64,000 bases of DNA from Hydrolagus colliei. Lineage: Eukaryota. The first letter of the stretch is position 1, and each line of letters begins with the position of its first letter. The position numbers and the translations under genes are program-made. Under the pieces are notes generated by a model. The model was given only the letters and a program-made list of their open reading frames with translations, had not been told where the DNA came from and did not search any database. Positions 13,952 through 26,300 of the stretch are shown one piece after another. Location of the stretch: assembly GCA_035084275.1 (NCBI GenBank), contig CM068745.1, positions 82,708,001 to 82,772,000 on the forward strand. Direction: 5' to 3'.

Positions 13952-14270
13952 TGGCGATGATTGGCTGAGCAGGTCGCCCCCCCTCTGATTGGCTGAGTAC
14001 GCCACCCCCGCCTCTGATTGGCTGAGGACGCCACCCTCTCTGATTGGCTGACTACGCCACCCTCTCTGATTGCTGAGTACGCCACCCTCTCTGATTGGCT
14101 GAGTACGCCACCCTCTCTGATTGGCTGAGTACGCCACCCTCTCTGATTGGCTGAGTACGCCACCCCCGCCTCTGATTGGCTGAGGACGCCACCCTCTCTG
14201 ATTGGCTGAGGACGCCGACCTCCCCCCTCCTCTGATTGGCTGAAACACCTGCTCGTTGATTGGCTGTGGT
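13952..14270. promoter_or_regulatory. TTF2 proximal promoter minisatellite: about 12 units of ~26 bp, each with a reverse CCAAT box (CTGATTGGCT)
   Basis: ATTGG at 13960, 13988, 14017, 14043, 14094, 14120, 14146, 14175, 14201, 14235, 14259, plus a degenerate ATTGC at 14069. Unit ctctgattggctgagtacgccaccct. The array ends about 65 bp before the TTF2 ATG. Promoter role is inferred from position. Confidence 0.75.
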
Positions 14271-14275
14271 GAAGG

Positions 14276-14295
14276 TGACGTGTTTTAAACGCGCC
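14276..14295 (+). promoter_or_regulatory. Candidate CRE half-site / CHR-like / E2F-like cluster
   Basis: TGACGT 14276-14281, TTTAAA 14284-14289 (known CHR variant) and CGCGCC 14290-14295 lie between the CCAAT array and the ATG. Short motifs, function inferred. Confidence 0.3.
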
Positions 14296-14332
14296 GGTGA
14301 GACACACAGAGAGAGAGAGAGAGTGAGTAGAG

Positions 14333-17300
14333 ATGGAGAAGGTGTTGTGTGAGGAGCATGGTATGTGTTTACACTGGGGGGGGACAGGGGCTGGGGGGGG
14401 GGGAGGTGAGGGGGACTGGGGGGGAGGAGGGGGACTGGGGGGGAGGGGACAGGGGCTGGGGGGGGAGGTGAGGGGGACTGGGGGGGGGGGGAGGGTGACT
14501 GGGGGGGGGGACGGACAGGGGCTGGGGGGGGGGGAGGTGAGGGGGACTGGGGGGGGGAGGAGGGGGACTGGGGGGGGAGGAGGGTGACTGGGGGGGGGGG
14601 GAGGGTGACTGGGGGAGGGGGGGAGGAGGGGGACTGGGGGGGGGGGGGGAGGAGGGGGACTGGGGGGGGGGGGGGAGGAGGGGGACTGGGGGAGGGGGGG
14701 GGGAGGAGGGTGACTGGGGGGGGGGGGGAGGAGGGGGACTGGGGGGGGGGGGAGGAGGGGGACTGGGGGGGGGGGAGGAGGGGGACTGGGGGGGGGGGGG
14801 AGGAGGGGACTGGGGGGGGGGGGGGAGGAGGGGGACTGGGGGGGGGGGGGAGGAGGGGGACTGGGGGGGGGGGGGAGGAGGGGGACTGGGGGGGGGGGGG
14901 GAGGAGGGGGGACTGGGGGGTGGGGGGAGGAGGGTGACTGGGGGAGGGGGGGAGGAGGGGGGACTGGGGGGGGGGGGGAGGAGGGGGACTGGGGGGGGGG
15001 GGGAGGAGGGGGACTGGGGGGTGGGGGGGGGGGAGGGTGACTGGGGGAGGGGGGGGGGAGGAGGGTGACTGGGGGGGTGGGGGGGAGGAGGGTGACTGGG
15101 GGGGGGGAGGAGGGTGACTGGGGGAGGGGGGGGGGAGGAGGGTGACTGGGGGGTGGGGGGGGGAGGAGGGTGACTGGGGGGGGGGGGAGGAGGGGGACTG
15201 GGGGGGGGGGGGGAGGAGGGGGACTGGGGGAGGGGGGGGGGGGAGGAGGGTGACTGGGGGGGGGGGAGGAGGGTGACTGGGGGGTGGGGGGGANNNNNNN
15301 NNNNNNNNNNNNNNNNNNNNNNNNNNNNNNNNNNNNNNNNNNNNNNNNNNNNNNNNNNNNNNNNNNNNNNNNNNNNNNNNNNNNNNNNNNNNNNNNNNNN
15401 NNNNNNNNNNNNNNNNNNNNNNNNNNNNNNNNNNNNNNNNNNNNNNNNNNNNNNNNNNNNNNNNNNNNNNNNNNNNNNNNNNNNNNNNNNNNNTCCCCCC
15501 CTCTCTTCCCAGTTCAGGTTCCAGCTGAAGACCTTTCTCTTCGACCGCGCCTTCGGTCACCTCTCTCCCCCTGCCCCTGGCTCGGTCCTGGGATCCGTTG
15601 TTGTGAAGCGCTCTGAGACGCCGTCGGGCGTGGAGTGAGGGAGGGGCGCTGTACACACCCGAGTGTTGTTGTTGTTGTTTTCCTGCAGGGTCTGTGTGTT
15701 TCCTGAAGACGGGAGTCCGAGATGGAGCCACCAAAGGAAAGAGTTTCTATATCTGCGGATCACGCCATGCATCTCCGTGTTCATTCACGCAGATGGCTGA
15801 GTAAGTGCTTTCCCATACTGTGATGGTACAGCGTGGCAGAGATTGGCAATAAGAAAATTATACATTTTTTTACACTGTTTTGTTGGCATTACAGGCTGCC
15901 TTTAACGGTTCATTTTTGATCTCGTGAATGTTGTCTGTTGGGGACTTGAGATAAGGGCTGTTGAGACACTATCCTTCCCAAGGAAGGAAAGGAACAATAC
16001 CTATCCCACCAAGTCTTCATCGAAAACAATCACAGAACTCAAAAACACAGACCCTTCCCTCACTCCAGTTGGTTTCAAAGTTGTCTCTCTCGCGTTGCGG
16101 GTTTTTAGCGATATAATATATAAGATCAGTCAAGATTGTCCAGTTTTTACACACACGCGCGCACCCATCCATCAAACAACTGACTTTCAACCGTAATCTG
16201 AGAGTTTTGAGCACCGCAGAAGCATTTACACCCAAAGCTAATCAGGTTAGAATGTTCATTAGTCAGGAGCTCGATTTATCTCATAACAAACGACAACAAC
16301 AAGATTGCACTTATACAGCGCCTTTCACATCGGGAGGACGTCCCAAAGCACTGAACAGTCTGGTCGGGACCCGGGTGGGGGAGGGGGGAGGGTCGGGATA
16401 GGGGAAGGAGAGTGGGAGAGGGGGGAAGAGTTAGTGGGGCAGCCGAAGGCGCGGTCGAAGAGGAAGGTCTTGAGACCGGCCTTGAAGTTGGAAAGGGAGA
16501 AGCGAGGGGGACGGGCTGCTGGATGGAGTTCCACAGTGTGGGAGCAGAGAGGCTGAAGGAAGAGCGCAATCCATCTCGTCTGACTGCCAAGATGCTATCC
16601 ACAGTAGAGCCGCAGAACTATGGCACCCAACTTGTTTCATTTACTTGGAACATTGCCTGGCTTGAGAAAATGTTAATTGTAAAACTGATTTAAGTAACTC
16701 CGATGATTAATCAGTTCTTTGGTTTCAGCTTTTTCAGGCATTTTTTTTCAAAGAAATAACTCGTTTACATTTTTTTGGGGAAAAAAATGGTTTGCCTCAT
16801 GTGTGCGTGTTATTCCCTGAACGCTTCGAAGGTATTTGTGACCTTAGAGATGCGCAGAGGTGGTTCCGAGTAACTGTCATTAAACGGTTAAAACCAAACA
16901 CTCAGCCTTGACTGAAATGCAAGAATCACCTCATACGGGATTGTGTCCGAAGCTCTCACATTCCACCTCTGTCCAGCGCCAATTGGTTACACTCTCAGAG
17001 CCTCTACAACACACTCGTCTGATTTGATTTGTAAATGTTATCAACAGATATATACTGTATATCTACAGGAAATTCTTTCGTTGGGTTAGGGTTAGAAATG
17101 ATCTGAATTTTGAACATGTTTCTGAAATAATGGGATACTGCTTTCCAATGGCACTTTTTAGCGCAATCCATAGTACATCCACTCTCAGGAAACGATTTGT
17201 TCAGCTTATTTATTAAAATTAAAATAATGTTTCTTTTTTTTTAAAGAAAAAATGTCCTAAAATTGTCTCAGCATTTTCAGATGAAGAATAGTTTGGTCAC

Positions 17301-20300
17301 ATTCAGAGATTGAATGATGCGTGAGAAAGTTGTCAGATTTCTTCGGACGAGAATTTGGGGCATTACTTCTGAGGCCACCACCCTCCTATCCTGGCAGATT
17401 TATTGTTAATTCGCACGTACTGCAATGCTGTTTGCAATAGTAAGTTCTTTATCCCTTACGCTAAATCGTGTCTCCCGTCTTTCTTTTCCCCAAGCATACC
17501 TGTGTCTCACTGCCTGCTCCACGAAGGTTCGGTAGTGGAACTCCAAGCTCTCTTCAGGAAATGAACACGGAGTCATACCGGTACACTTTATTATCACGTT
17601 ATCACACGCACTTCTCTGCCCAGCGTTTCGCAGAGCAGGCAATAAATAATAATAATAATAAAAATAATAATAATCCTTGCATTTGATATCGCGGCTTTTC
17701 GCATCTTATCGATCGTCTCAAAGCGCCTTCACAGAATATACTGTAAAGTGAATTGACTGTATATTTTTGGGAGAAACGCGGCAGCCAATTGCGCACGCAG
17801 CGTCCCCCACAAACAGTCGTGGATTGAAATGACCAATTTTGTTATTGTGGTTTTTTTTGGATGGGATTGTTATTAACAAAAGCTGCTTCGCGCACTGCTA
17901 CCCCTCTGTGTTTTATTTCTGAGTGGACGAAAGTAGAATACAATTTTTTTTTTGAAACAATATATCTTTTATTTATTTTTATTTTCTTGCGAGTTTTCTC
18001 TGATGTGGAGGAGCAACAGCTTGCATTTATTTCCACGCGTCCTTCACTTGGAGCGTGTCCCTGAGCGCTTAACAATGGCAAAGCTTTATACCAAGCTGAG
18101 GGAGAGACGAAGGCAAGGTCTGGGAGGGGACAAGGCAGGGGGATTGTGCAGAATCAAATGAAAGCTTATTGCCTATATCAGATGTATAGATCTGTTGGAA
18201 ATAACGCACAGATGATGTGAGCTCCTCGAACTGAGTGGTCTTAATCGTCATGTTCCTAAGTATATTGGTTGTTTTCCAAAAGATTTGAAAAAGATAAAAA
18301 CTCCGCTTGAAGGATTGCAACTCACAAAACCATTCCAACTCTGTTTCGTTCCTTACGCAAACCGTGTAACACAAATGTAAATCAATCCTTTTAGAAATAT
18401 TATGTCTGTGTGTGTGTATATATATGTATACACATATATATGTGACACAACATCGGGCAGAGATGTTAATGGAAGGAAACTCAATAATTTTCATAGGTAC
18501 ACTTTTTAATGCTTTGACTTATCCTCTGGAAGGTCGTACTATCGATGTGTCGAAGGGAAGGCAGAAGGAATGAAATGGTGTGGAAACGTGCCCTGGCAGG
18601 TATGGGCATTTAACTTGATACAATTGGTCAGAGGATGAATCCTAATGATAATCGGAATTGTAACGCGAGAACTAATGGACGTTTAATGTTGTACTTGTGA
18701 GTGCTGTTGCATCAGTAAATAATCACAGGATATTGTCGAAGAACTTTGCAACAGTGCTAAGGTATCATGACCTTGTTGTTTTTTGGGATGTGATGGAGAT
18801 GTGTTAATTGCTGTCCTGCGAGGTGTTGATATTGTGTCTTTCAGGAATCCAAACCCAAAGCGTCCGTCGGCCGAGAGAGAGCGTTCTCCCGGGGCGTCCC
18901 GCCACTCCGACAAGCCGGGAGCGCAATCCCTTCAGGTGTGAGAAGTGACAATCAGAAACCGCCGGATTGGAAAGACCGTCGGCGAAGCAGGCAGAAGGCC
19001 GCAGCTGCGCCCGGACGTATGCCTGAAGCACGCGAAGAGTCGTGCGTAGCGAGACACTGAAACCAAAGCCTCCGATGGAAGCGAAAGAGCTCTTAAAGCG
19101 GAGAAGACCGAGGAACAGTCGCGCGACACTGAAAGATTGACCGTCGTACAGCGAAAACAAATCCCGGCCTTAAATCCGGCAGGAACAGAGGAGTCTGATT
19201 TTAAGGAAAAGGAGAGTGTTCGAGACAAAATGCCTTTGAAGCCATCCATCCAATTGGAAAATGGTCGAGGAACATCCTCAAGGATGGTGCAAGCTGGGAG
19301 AAAGATAAAACACAGTTATCCGGGCGAGAGAATGCCCCGAAAGAAGCAATGTTGAAGCAGCCGTTGAAGTGTAGGGATCCGACAACAACAGGAATGCAAG
19401 CTTGAAAGAACAGCTGAGTGACGAGCAGTGTTAAATCACCAAAGCGAAGCCAGGCGAGGAGGTGAGCAACTCGAGAAGGCGACAGATGCGATCGGGTCCC
19501 GGGGGCAGACGGAACGGGAAGGCGGTCAGGAAATCAGCTCCCGCGCCAGGACAAGGAGCCCGGACCAGACCTGGCGTTTCGGGGGCATCGTCCGGCTCCT
19601 CCTGGGAAACACCGCCCACGCGAGTCGAGAAACGGACGCGACAGAAACGGAGTGCGAGCGGAGCGGAGGGGAAAGTAGCAGCCCCACCGAATCAGGGCAA
19701 GCCACCGCACCCAGTGACGGTGCAGCGGGAGCCAAGCAAGCGGTGGACCTGAAGGCACCCCGGATAATTAACGGACAGAGAACACTCCTGTCGTTTGCTG
19801 GGTTTGAACACCTGCCTCAGCGGACGCACCGCCAGAAACTCATGCACGACCAGCTGACCGTACAGCTGAAACAAAAGAAGGTTATGGGCGACAGTGTGGA
19901 GAGAGAGACGGGGAGAGAGAGAGAGATTCCAGTTTCAGGTCCCGGCTAAAATAAAAGACATTTCTCTTTGACCGCGCCTTTGGTCACCTTTCTCCCCCTC
20001 CCCCACCCCCCCCCCCCCCCCCCACATTGCTGGTGCATAGGGGAACATGTATTCATTTAACATTGCGACGTTTGGGTAGCGTAGGCAGGCGTACGTTTCA
20101 AGACGCTGAACGTTTGGCAATCTTGAGCGTCATTTTGCTTGAAAGCCTCACTTTTCGCGAACACAACTGCGACGTTAAGCGAGGACTAAGTAAGTGTGTT
20201 GCAAGTAGGGTCCGTCGATATGGAAATTTTCAGATTTAGATTTATCGATGGGCTCATATCCAGATATACCGAAATATCGATATTTTCGGGGGTTTCGTAA

Positions 20301-23300
20301 TGCGCATGCGCGCGCAGCGTGCGCATTCGGGGTGTGCGCACATTCCCGAATGCGTGCGCATTCGGGGCCTATCTCCTTAGGAGGTAAATATCTTTCTCTC
20401 ACTTTCTCCATCTCTGTGTTTTTCTCTCTGTGTCTCTGTGTCTCTCTCACATCACCCCCATCTCTATCTATCTGTATATTATCACATCCACCCCGTCTCT
20501 CTCCCCCCCCCCCCCCGGCGCTGTCCCTCTCTCCTCCCGCTGCCGTCCCTCTCGCACCCCCCACCCCCAGCCTTCTCTCCCCCTCCCCCCAGCCGTCTCT
20601 CCCCCGACCCACCCCCCCCCCCCCCCACAGCCGTCTCTCTCCCCTCCCCCCCCACCCCTTGAATACCTATATATTGTATTCGAGGACTATGAATACAATA
20701 TGGCGGCTTTGCACCTCGGTCTGTGCATTGTGTATAGAGATTAGCATTCTGGGTCTTGTGGTTCAGTGTGCGCGCATCCCGATTTTTTCCCTCGATGTAT
20801 CGATATTTTTTAAATGCCTATGTTGGCGTATCGATATGAAAATTATATCGGGTTTTAGCGATATATCGATATATCGCCGGACCCTAGTTGCAAGATGTAT
20901 TTTTTTTTACCTCCGCTACAAACCGCAATGTTGAGAGACCAGGCAAATGTGCCTGTATTTCAGATCAGATCAGAATGCCAGGACTCATTTGACTGAATTC
21001 ACCGGAGCTGTTTTCTCGTCAAAAGGCCCAAAAGACTTGACGGTTGTGAAAAAACCCTGTTTGTATTTCAGACTACGCTGGCCACCGTAAACATCGCTGC
21101 GCTTCCCGATAAAGGTCAGAGGCTCATCAACCAGGTCAAAGACTTGGAAGACGCACTCAGCTCACTCTGTCTGTCTGCCACTGATGAAACGGAAGAGAAA
21201 GGTACTCCTATTAAAGCTTATTATTGTAATTAAAATAGTGATTTCTCTGGGCATCGGGGAAATTGAGAGTTGGAGTACAATTTGTAACACGTCTATTGTC
21301 TCTGTCTCCCTCTCCCACCCACACTCTGGAACTCCAGCCCACAGTGCCTTGGCCTCTCGCTCCCTCCTTCCCTCACCTCCGTCAAGGCCGGTCTCAAGAC
21401 CCTCCTCTTTGACCTTGCCTTCTGCTGCCCTCCCACCTCTCTCCCTCCCTCCTATCTCCCTCCCCTACCCTGCCCCTCTCCCTTGCTCGGGTCCCGACCT
21501 GACTGTCCAGCGCCTTGGGACGTCCTCCCAACGTGAAAGGCGCTCTATCAATGTCGTTTTGTTGTTGTCGTTGTTTAACGGCATGTTGTTAAACGAAGGT
21601 TCTGAAATATCTCCCTGGTAACGGGCTCTTTACTAGGAGAGAAGACAGCCGATACTCAAACCAATCCCTTTGACAAAAGCCGGGCCTATTCAGATAAATC
21701 CGAGCCTTGCCAGGATTCCAGATCGAGTGCCACAGCTTCGTGTTTTAATGGTGGTCCCTTCGCCGGATCAAGTCACTTTTACACTCCGGCGTTTGGAGGT
21801 AAAGTGTTGCAAATAAAAAAATATTCTTGGGCAGAAATGAAAAATACCCTTTCTCGTTTGTTTAACCCGGCAAAGTACAATGGCCTGCTCCACGTCCCCC
21901 CCACCCGACCCACCCACCCCACCGTTGGCGGGCGAGCCTTCAGTCACTCTGCCCCCAACCTCCCTCCGCCTCGCTCGTCCCCTCTCTGGCCTCCTTCAAG
22001 TCTCGCCTCAAGACTCTCCTCTTCGATGGACCCATTGGCAACTCCTTCCCGCCGCCCACCTGTCCTCAGCTCGGGTCTGAAGCAGTGATTGTCCAGCGCC
22101 TTGGGACTTCCTCCAGACGTGAAAGGCGCTCTATACAAATACAATTTTGTTGTTGTACGTTGGTTATTCTTGAATGGCTATTTGTGAAATCTGCGGCGAA
22201 GAGTAACCGGCTCGCTTTACGAGGGAGAAAATATTTTTCTTTGGAAACAAAATGTAGTCATAACTTCTCCTCAATCTCAGCCAATCCGCAACAGCAGAGC
22301 CTGTACGGGGGTCGAATGACAGAGGACAGACATCTTGCTGTCAAGAACGTAACCAGCGAAGCTATCGAGCAGCTCCATAAATCATTGGAGTCCTGCCCGA
22401 CTGCTTCAGACAAGGTTGAGATACCACCCCACCTCAAGGCAAGTGTAACTGCAAACACATCAGATGTGTGGATTGCTGAGGGGGTGGGCGGCAGTGTTCT
22501 TCGCTTCAGCTGTTTCCCATCCAATTAGCTGTGATTCTGGCTCCTTTAAGCGATTATGCTTTCACAATTTAATATACTATAATTAACATGATAATACGTG
22601 GGTATTATCAATACACCTTTTATCGTGCAGTGTCAAAAGTGAGAGACCTGGGTTTAATTCCAGGCAGGACAAAACCGTTTCGTTACTCAACACGCCTGAT
22701 AATGATCCCTCAAAAAAAATTGGTCATTTCAATCCGCAACAGTTTGTAGAACACAGCTGTGCGCAGTTGGCTGCCGCGTTTCGCCCACATACTTACAGCC
22801 AATTCCTTTTACAGTATATTCTGTGAAGCAATTTATATGAGACATCTAGAGGACGTAAATAGCGCTATATCAAATGTGAGGATTATTATTATCATCGTCA
22901 GTCAATGTGAGAGACTTTTTTAAATTAAAAAAATACACTTTATCCCAATGAGCAACCGTTTCAATAAAAGCAGAATTTATTCAATTTTCATAGTCAGCGC
23001 AATTTTTCTTTTGCCGCATCTATGTACTTTTAACATTCTTCACAATCGACAATGCTTTTAGTTTTTAACGGGTCAAGTGTGAGTCTGAAGCTAAAAGAAT
23101 TGGGGGTAGGTTGGTGGGTGAAAAATAATCCATCGTACATTTGTTTGCGGAGGGGTGCGTAATCAGCTGCCGCGTTTCGCCCACAAATACGCAGTCAATT
23201 CACGTTACAGTGTGTTATTGTGAAGCGCTTTGAGACATCTGGAAGATGTGAAAAGCCGCTGTATCAAATGCAAGGAGTATTATTATTGTTGTTGTTGTTG

Positions 23301-26300
23301 TTACAGGTCCAGTTGCTGCCTCATCAGGTACAGGCGTTGGCATGGCTGCTATGGAGAGAAACACAGCAACCGTCCGGTGGGATTCTAGGTGAGAGAGAAC
23401 TTTGGAAAGGAGAAGGAAACTGACTTGATTATTGTCGGTGCGGAGCTCCGCAGTTTGATCTTCCTGTTTCGTACGCTTCTCGATTGGGGATCGGACAGTG
23501 TTGGATTCCTTCTTTTGCTGGGTTTCAGTTAATAGGTAGACTCTGAATGTAAGTTTAAAATCTTCTTTATTGAAGTAAAAAAAAGTTAAAATACAGTTCC
23601 AGTGCTTGTTAGTTCGAACAGTAAAATCATTGGAGGACAGTCAACACATATATACTCAATTCGCTTTCTTTGTCCTACAGGACCCAATCAAAAAGGTTAG
23701 CACAGTGCATGATATAATTGCCTTGTCCAGTCAGTGTGGACCGCACGTAACTTCTATCTCGTGCTAATATTTTTCTACTATATTATCTCAGCCTACAGCC
23801 AAGGTTTTCTGCCCTAATTAAAAGCGTTATCCCTTTTGCTTTTAGCATGTAACACAATTAAAAGTTATCTGGCCACAAGCTTCTGATCTGGTCTAAAACT
23901 AGTCTGAAGCACAAGCCTGTTGTTACAGAGTCACACACAAAACTGCTACATTCCAACAGACAGGAATCAGTAAAATAAAGATAAAAAAGCACACACGGTT
24001 GTTTCGAATACCAGAAGAAACCAGAATGATCTGATCTTTAGCGCTGTCTTATCTCAGGTGTCAATTCATGTTATAAATTGATTCTGTTATAAATATAAAG
24101 TCTAAAAAGTGAAAATCTGCTTTTTGCTAATAGTGTAGGTGAAACAATAGGTTACTGGGGTCTCCTGATTAAAAATGGCCGACACTCTGGATCCCAGGTC
24201 AAAGAGTCTGTATGTTTCCAGTAAGAATCTGTTCGGGAGGGAGGGAGGGAATAGGCCATCCTGCTGTCGGCAACAAAAAATGGAGTCGTAAAGCCTCTGT
24301 TGGCAAAAATGAATGTGAAAGGATCAATATATTAATAGTGATTAATAACGCAACATATCCATCAAAGTCAACACAAACCACATTCTAAATACTGTCATTT
24401 CAAATGCCCATCAGTATATTAGCAGTAACTAGTCAGCTGGCTATGCTGAATTAGGCTTAGTGTTTGCCAAACACAACTCTCGCCATCTCTTGCGCACAAT
24501 TGTCCGCACCAGTTTGGGTTCCCCGAATATTTTCGGTGTTGAAATGGGGGGGTCATGCTGGGTGAAAAGGTTGGGGAAGGGCTGGAATAGTCTGTATGTT
24601 TGGAAAAAAAAAACTTCTCTTTCCTTCCACAGCGGATGACATGGGTCTGGGGAAAACACTGACAATGATTGCAGTCATCCTAGCTCAGCGGTACAAGGGG
24701 AAGAAAGATAACGAGAAAGAAGACAAAAGGCTAACTGAGTGGATCTCTAAACACGGTAAGGAATCGGGAGATAAAACTGCAGAGATTTTAATGAGGATCA
24801 GCAATCGAGGCCCTGTTAACCCATCAGATTTCTTTCGACTCATCGCAAAGTGTGTTTATTCGGCAGCGTATTCATTATTTGAAACTTCCGTCACCTACAA
24901 CGTGACCCACCCACCAAGGATATATTTCCCCCCCCTACGCATTCCGAAGGGACCGTTCCCTCCGGGATTCTCTGGTCCACTCCGCTGTCAGCACCACCAG
25001 CTGCTCTCCTTCCTCTGGCACCTTCCCGTGCCAGCGCAGGAGATGTAATACCTGCCCTTTCACCTCCACCCAAACCACTCTCCAGGGACCAAAACACAGC
25101 TTCCCTGTGAGACAGCGGTTCACGTGGACTACCACCAGTGTAGTATATACTGCATCCGTGGCTCACGGTGTGGTCTCCTCTACATTGGGGAGACTTAAGC
25201 GCAGATTGGGAGACCGATTTGCAGAGCATCTTCGTTCTGTACGGAAGGTCAACCCTGACCTTCCAGTCTCCCTCCATTTCAACCTGCGTCACATTCAGAG
25301 GCTGATCTTTCGATCCATGGTCTCCTGCGCCGTTCCGGTGACTCACAGCGAAAGCTTGAGGAACAGCATCTCATCTTTATACTGGGGACACTACAGCCGG
25401 CTGGTCTCAACATCGATTTCAGCCATTTCAGGCCACAAGAGCTTCCCCTTTCCTCCCCCCCTCCCCCCCCCCCCACATCACAAGATCATTGAAACCCATC
25501 CTTTTGTTTATTTTCAACCCAACAGTTAACATTCTTTTTCCTTTCTCTCCTTTGTCTCATTTTACTTCCACATCCTGCCTCTCCCCTCTTTACGTCTTTA
25601 AAAACCTCTCCCTCCAAACAAGCCCCAGTTCTGACGAAGGGTTGTAGATCCGAAACGTTGACTCTTTTTCCTCTCTCCATGGATGCTGCCTGACCTGCTG
25701 AGTTTCCCCAGCAACTTTTGTTTTTGAGTCAGATTCCCAGCATCTGTAGTGTTTTCTGTTTTGTTTTTATTAATTATTTGTGTCGTTTTGGCTGCTGGTT
25801 GCTTTTATGAATCATTCAGGATCCTGGGCAAGAGTTGCAGATTCAGTGAAAGCAGCAGCAAAAAAAAAAACCTACGGAAAACTGGGTAATTGAAAGTAGT
25901 CATTGAGCCAGAATAAAACTGACATGAAGTTGTGAAAAGCACGCTGTCAAATGCGAGGATCGTTTATTTATTTTAAACTGTTCTAAAACTAGATTTCGCA
26001 AAGCTTTTCCCCGTGTCTTAAATTGACACTTGTTTGGGAGTTTCACTTTTTCCATCAAGTGAAAAAAAAACACTTTATGGAAGTGTTGTAAAAAAAAAGA
26101 GAGAGAGAGAGAGAGCGCTGAGGCAATGTATTTTGCAGCCAAAGTTTTTCCTTCGGTAATTCAGGTTACATCACAAAAGACTTGTTAACCCTGAATATTC
26201 TTGCCTCCTCTCTGGCCTCCAGTCTCTCTCTCTCTCTCTCTCTCTGTCACAACTGTCCTGTTTATAAATAGCTATGTAGCCACTTCTTGTAAATAAGGTT

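Noticed and set aside
13952-14270. Regularly spaced ~26-bp repeats as a CRISPR array
   Set aside because: The units are contiguous tandem copies without unique spacers, the context is eukaryotic, and there are no cas genes.
14052-15734. 560-aa Pro-rich ORF and its Gly-rich antisense ORFs
   Set aside because: Translation of a G-rich minisatellite, an N-run and an L2 fragment; it overlaps real TTF2 exons antisense.
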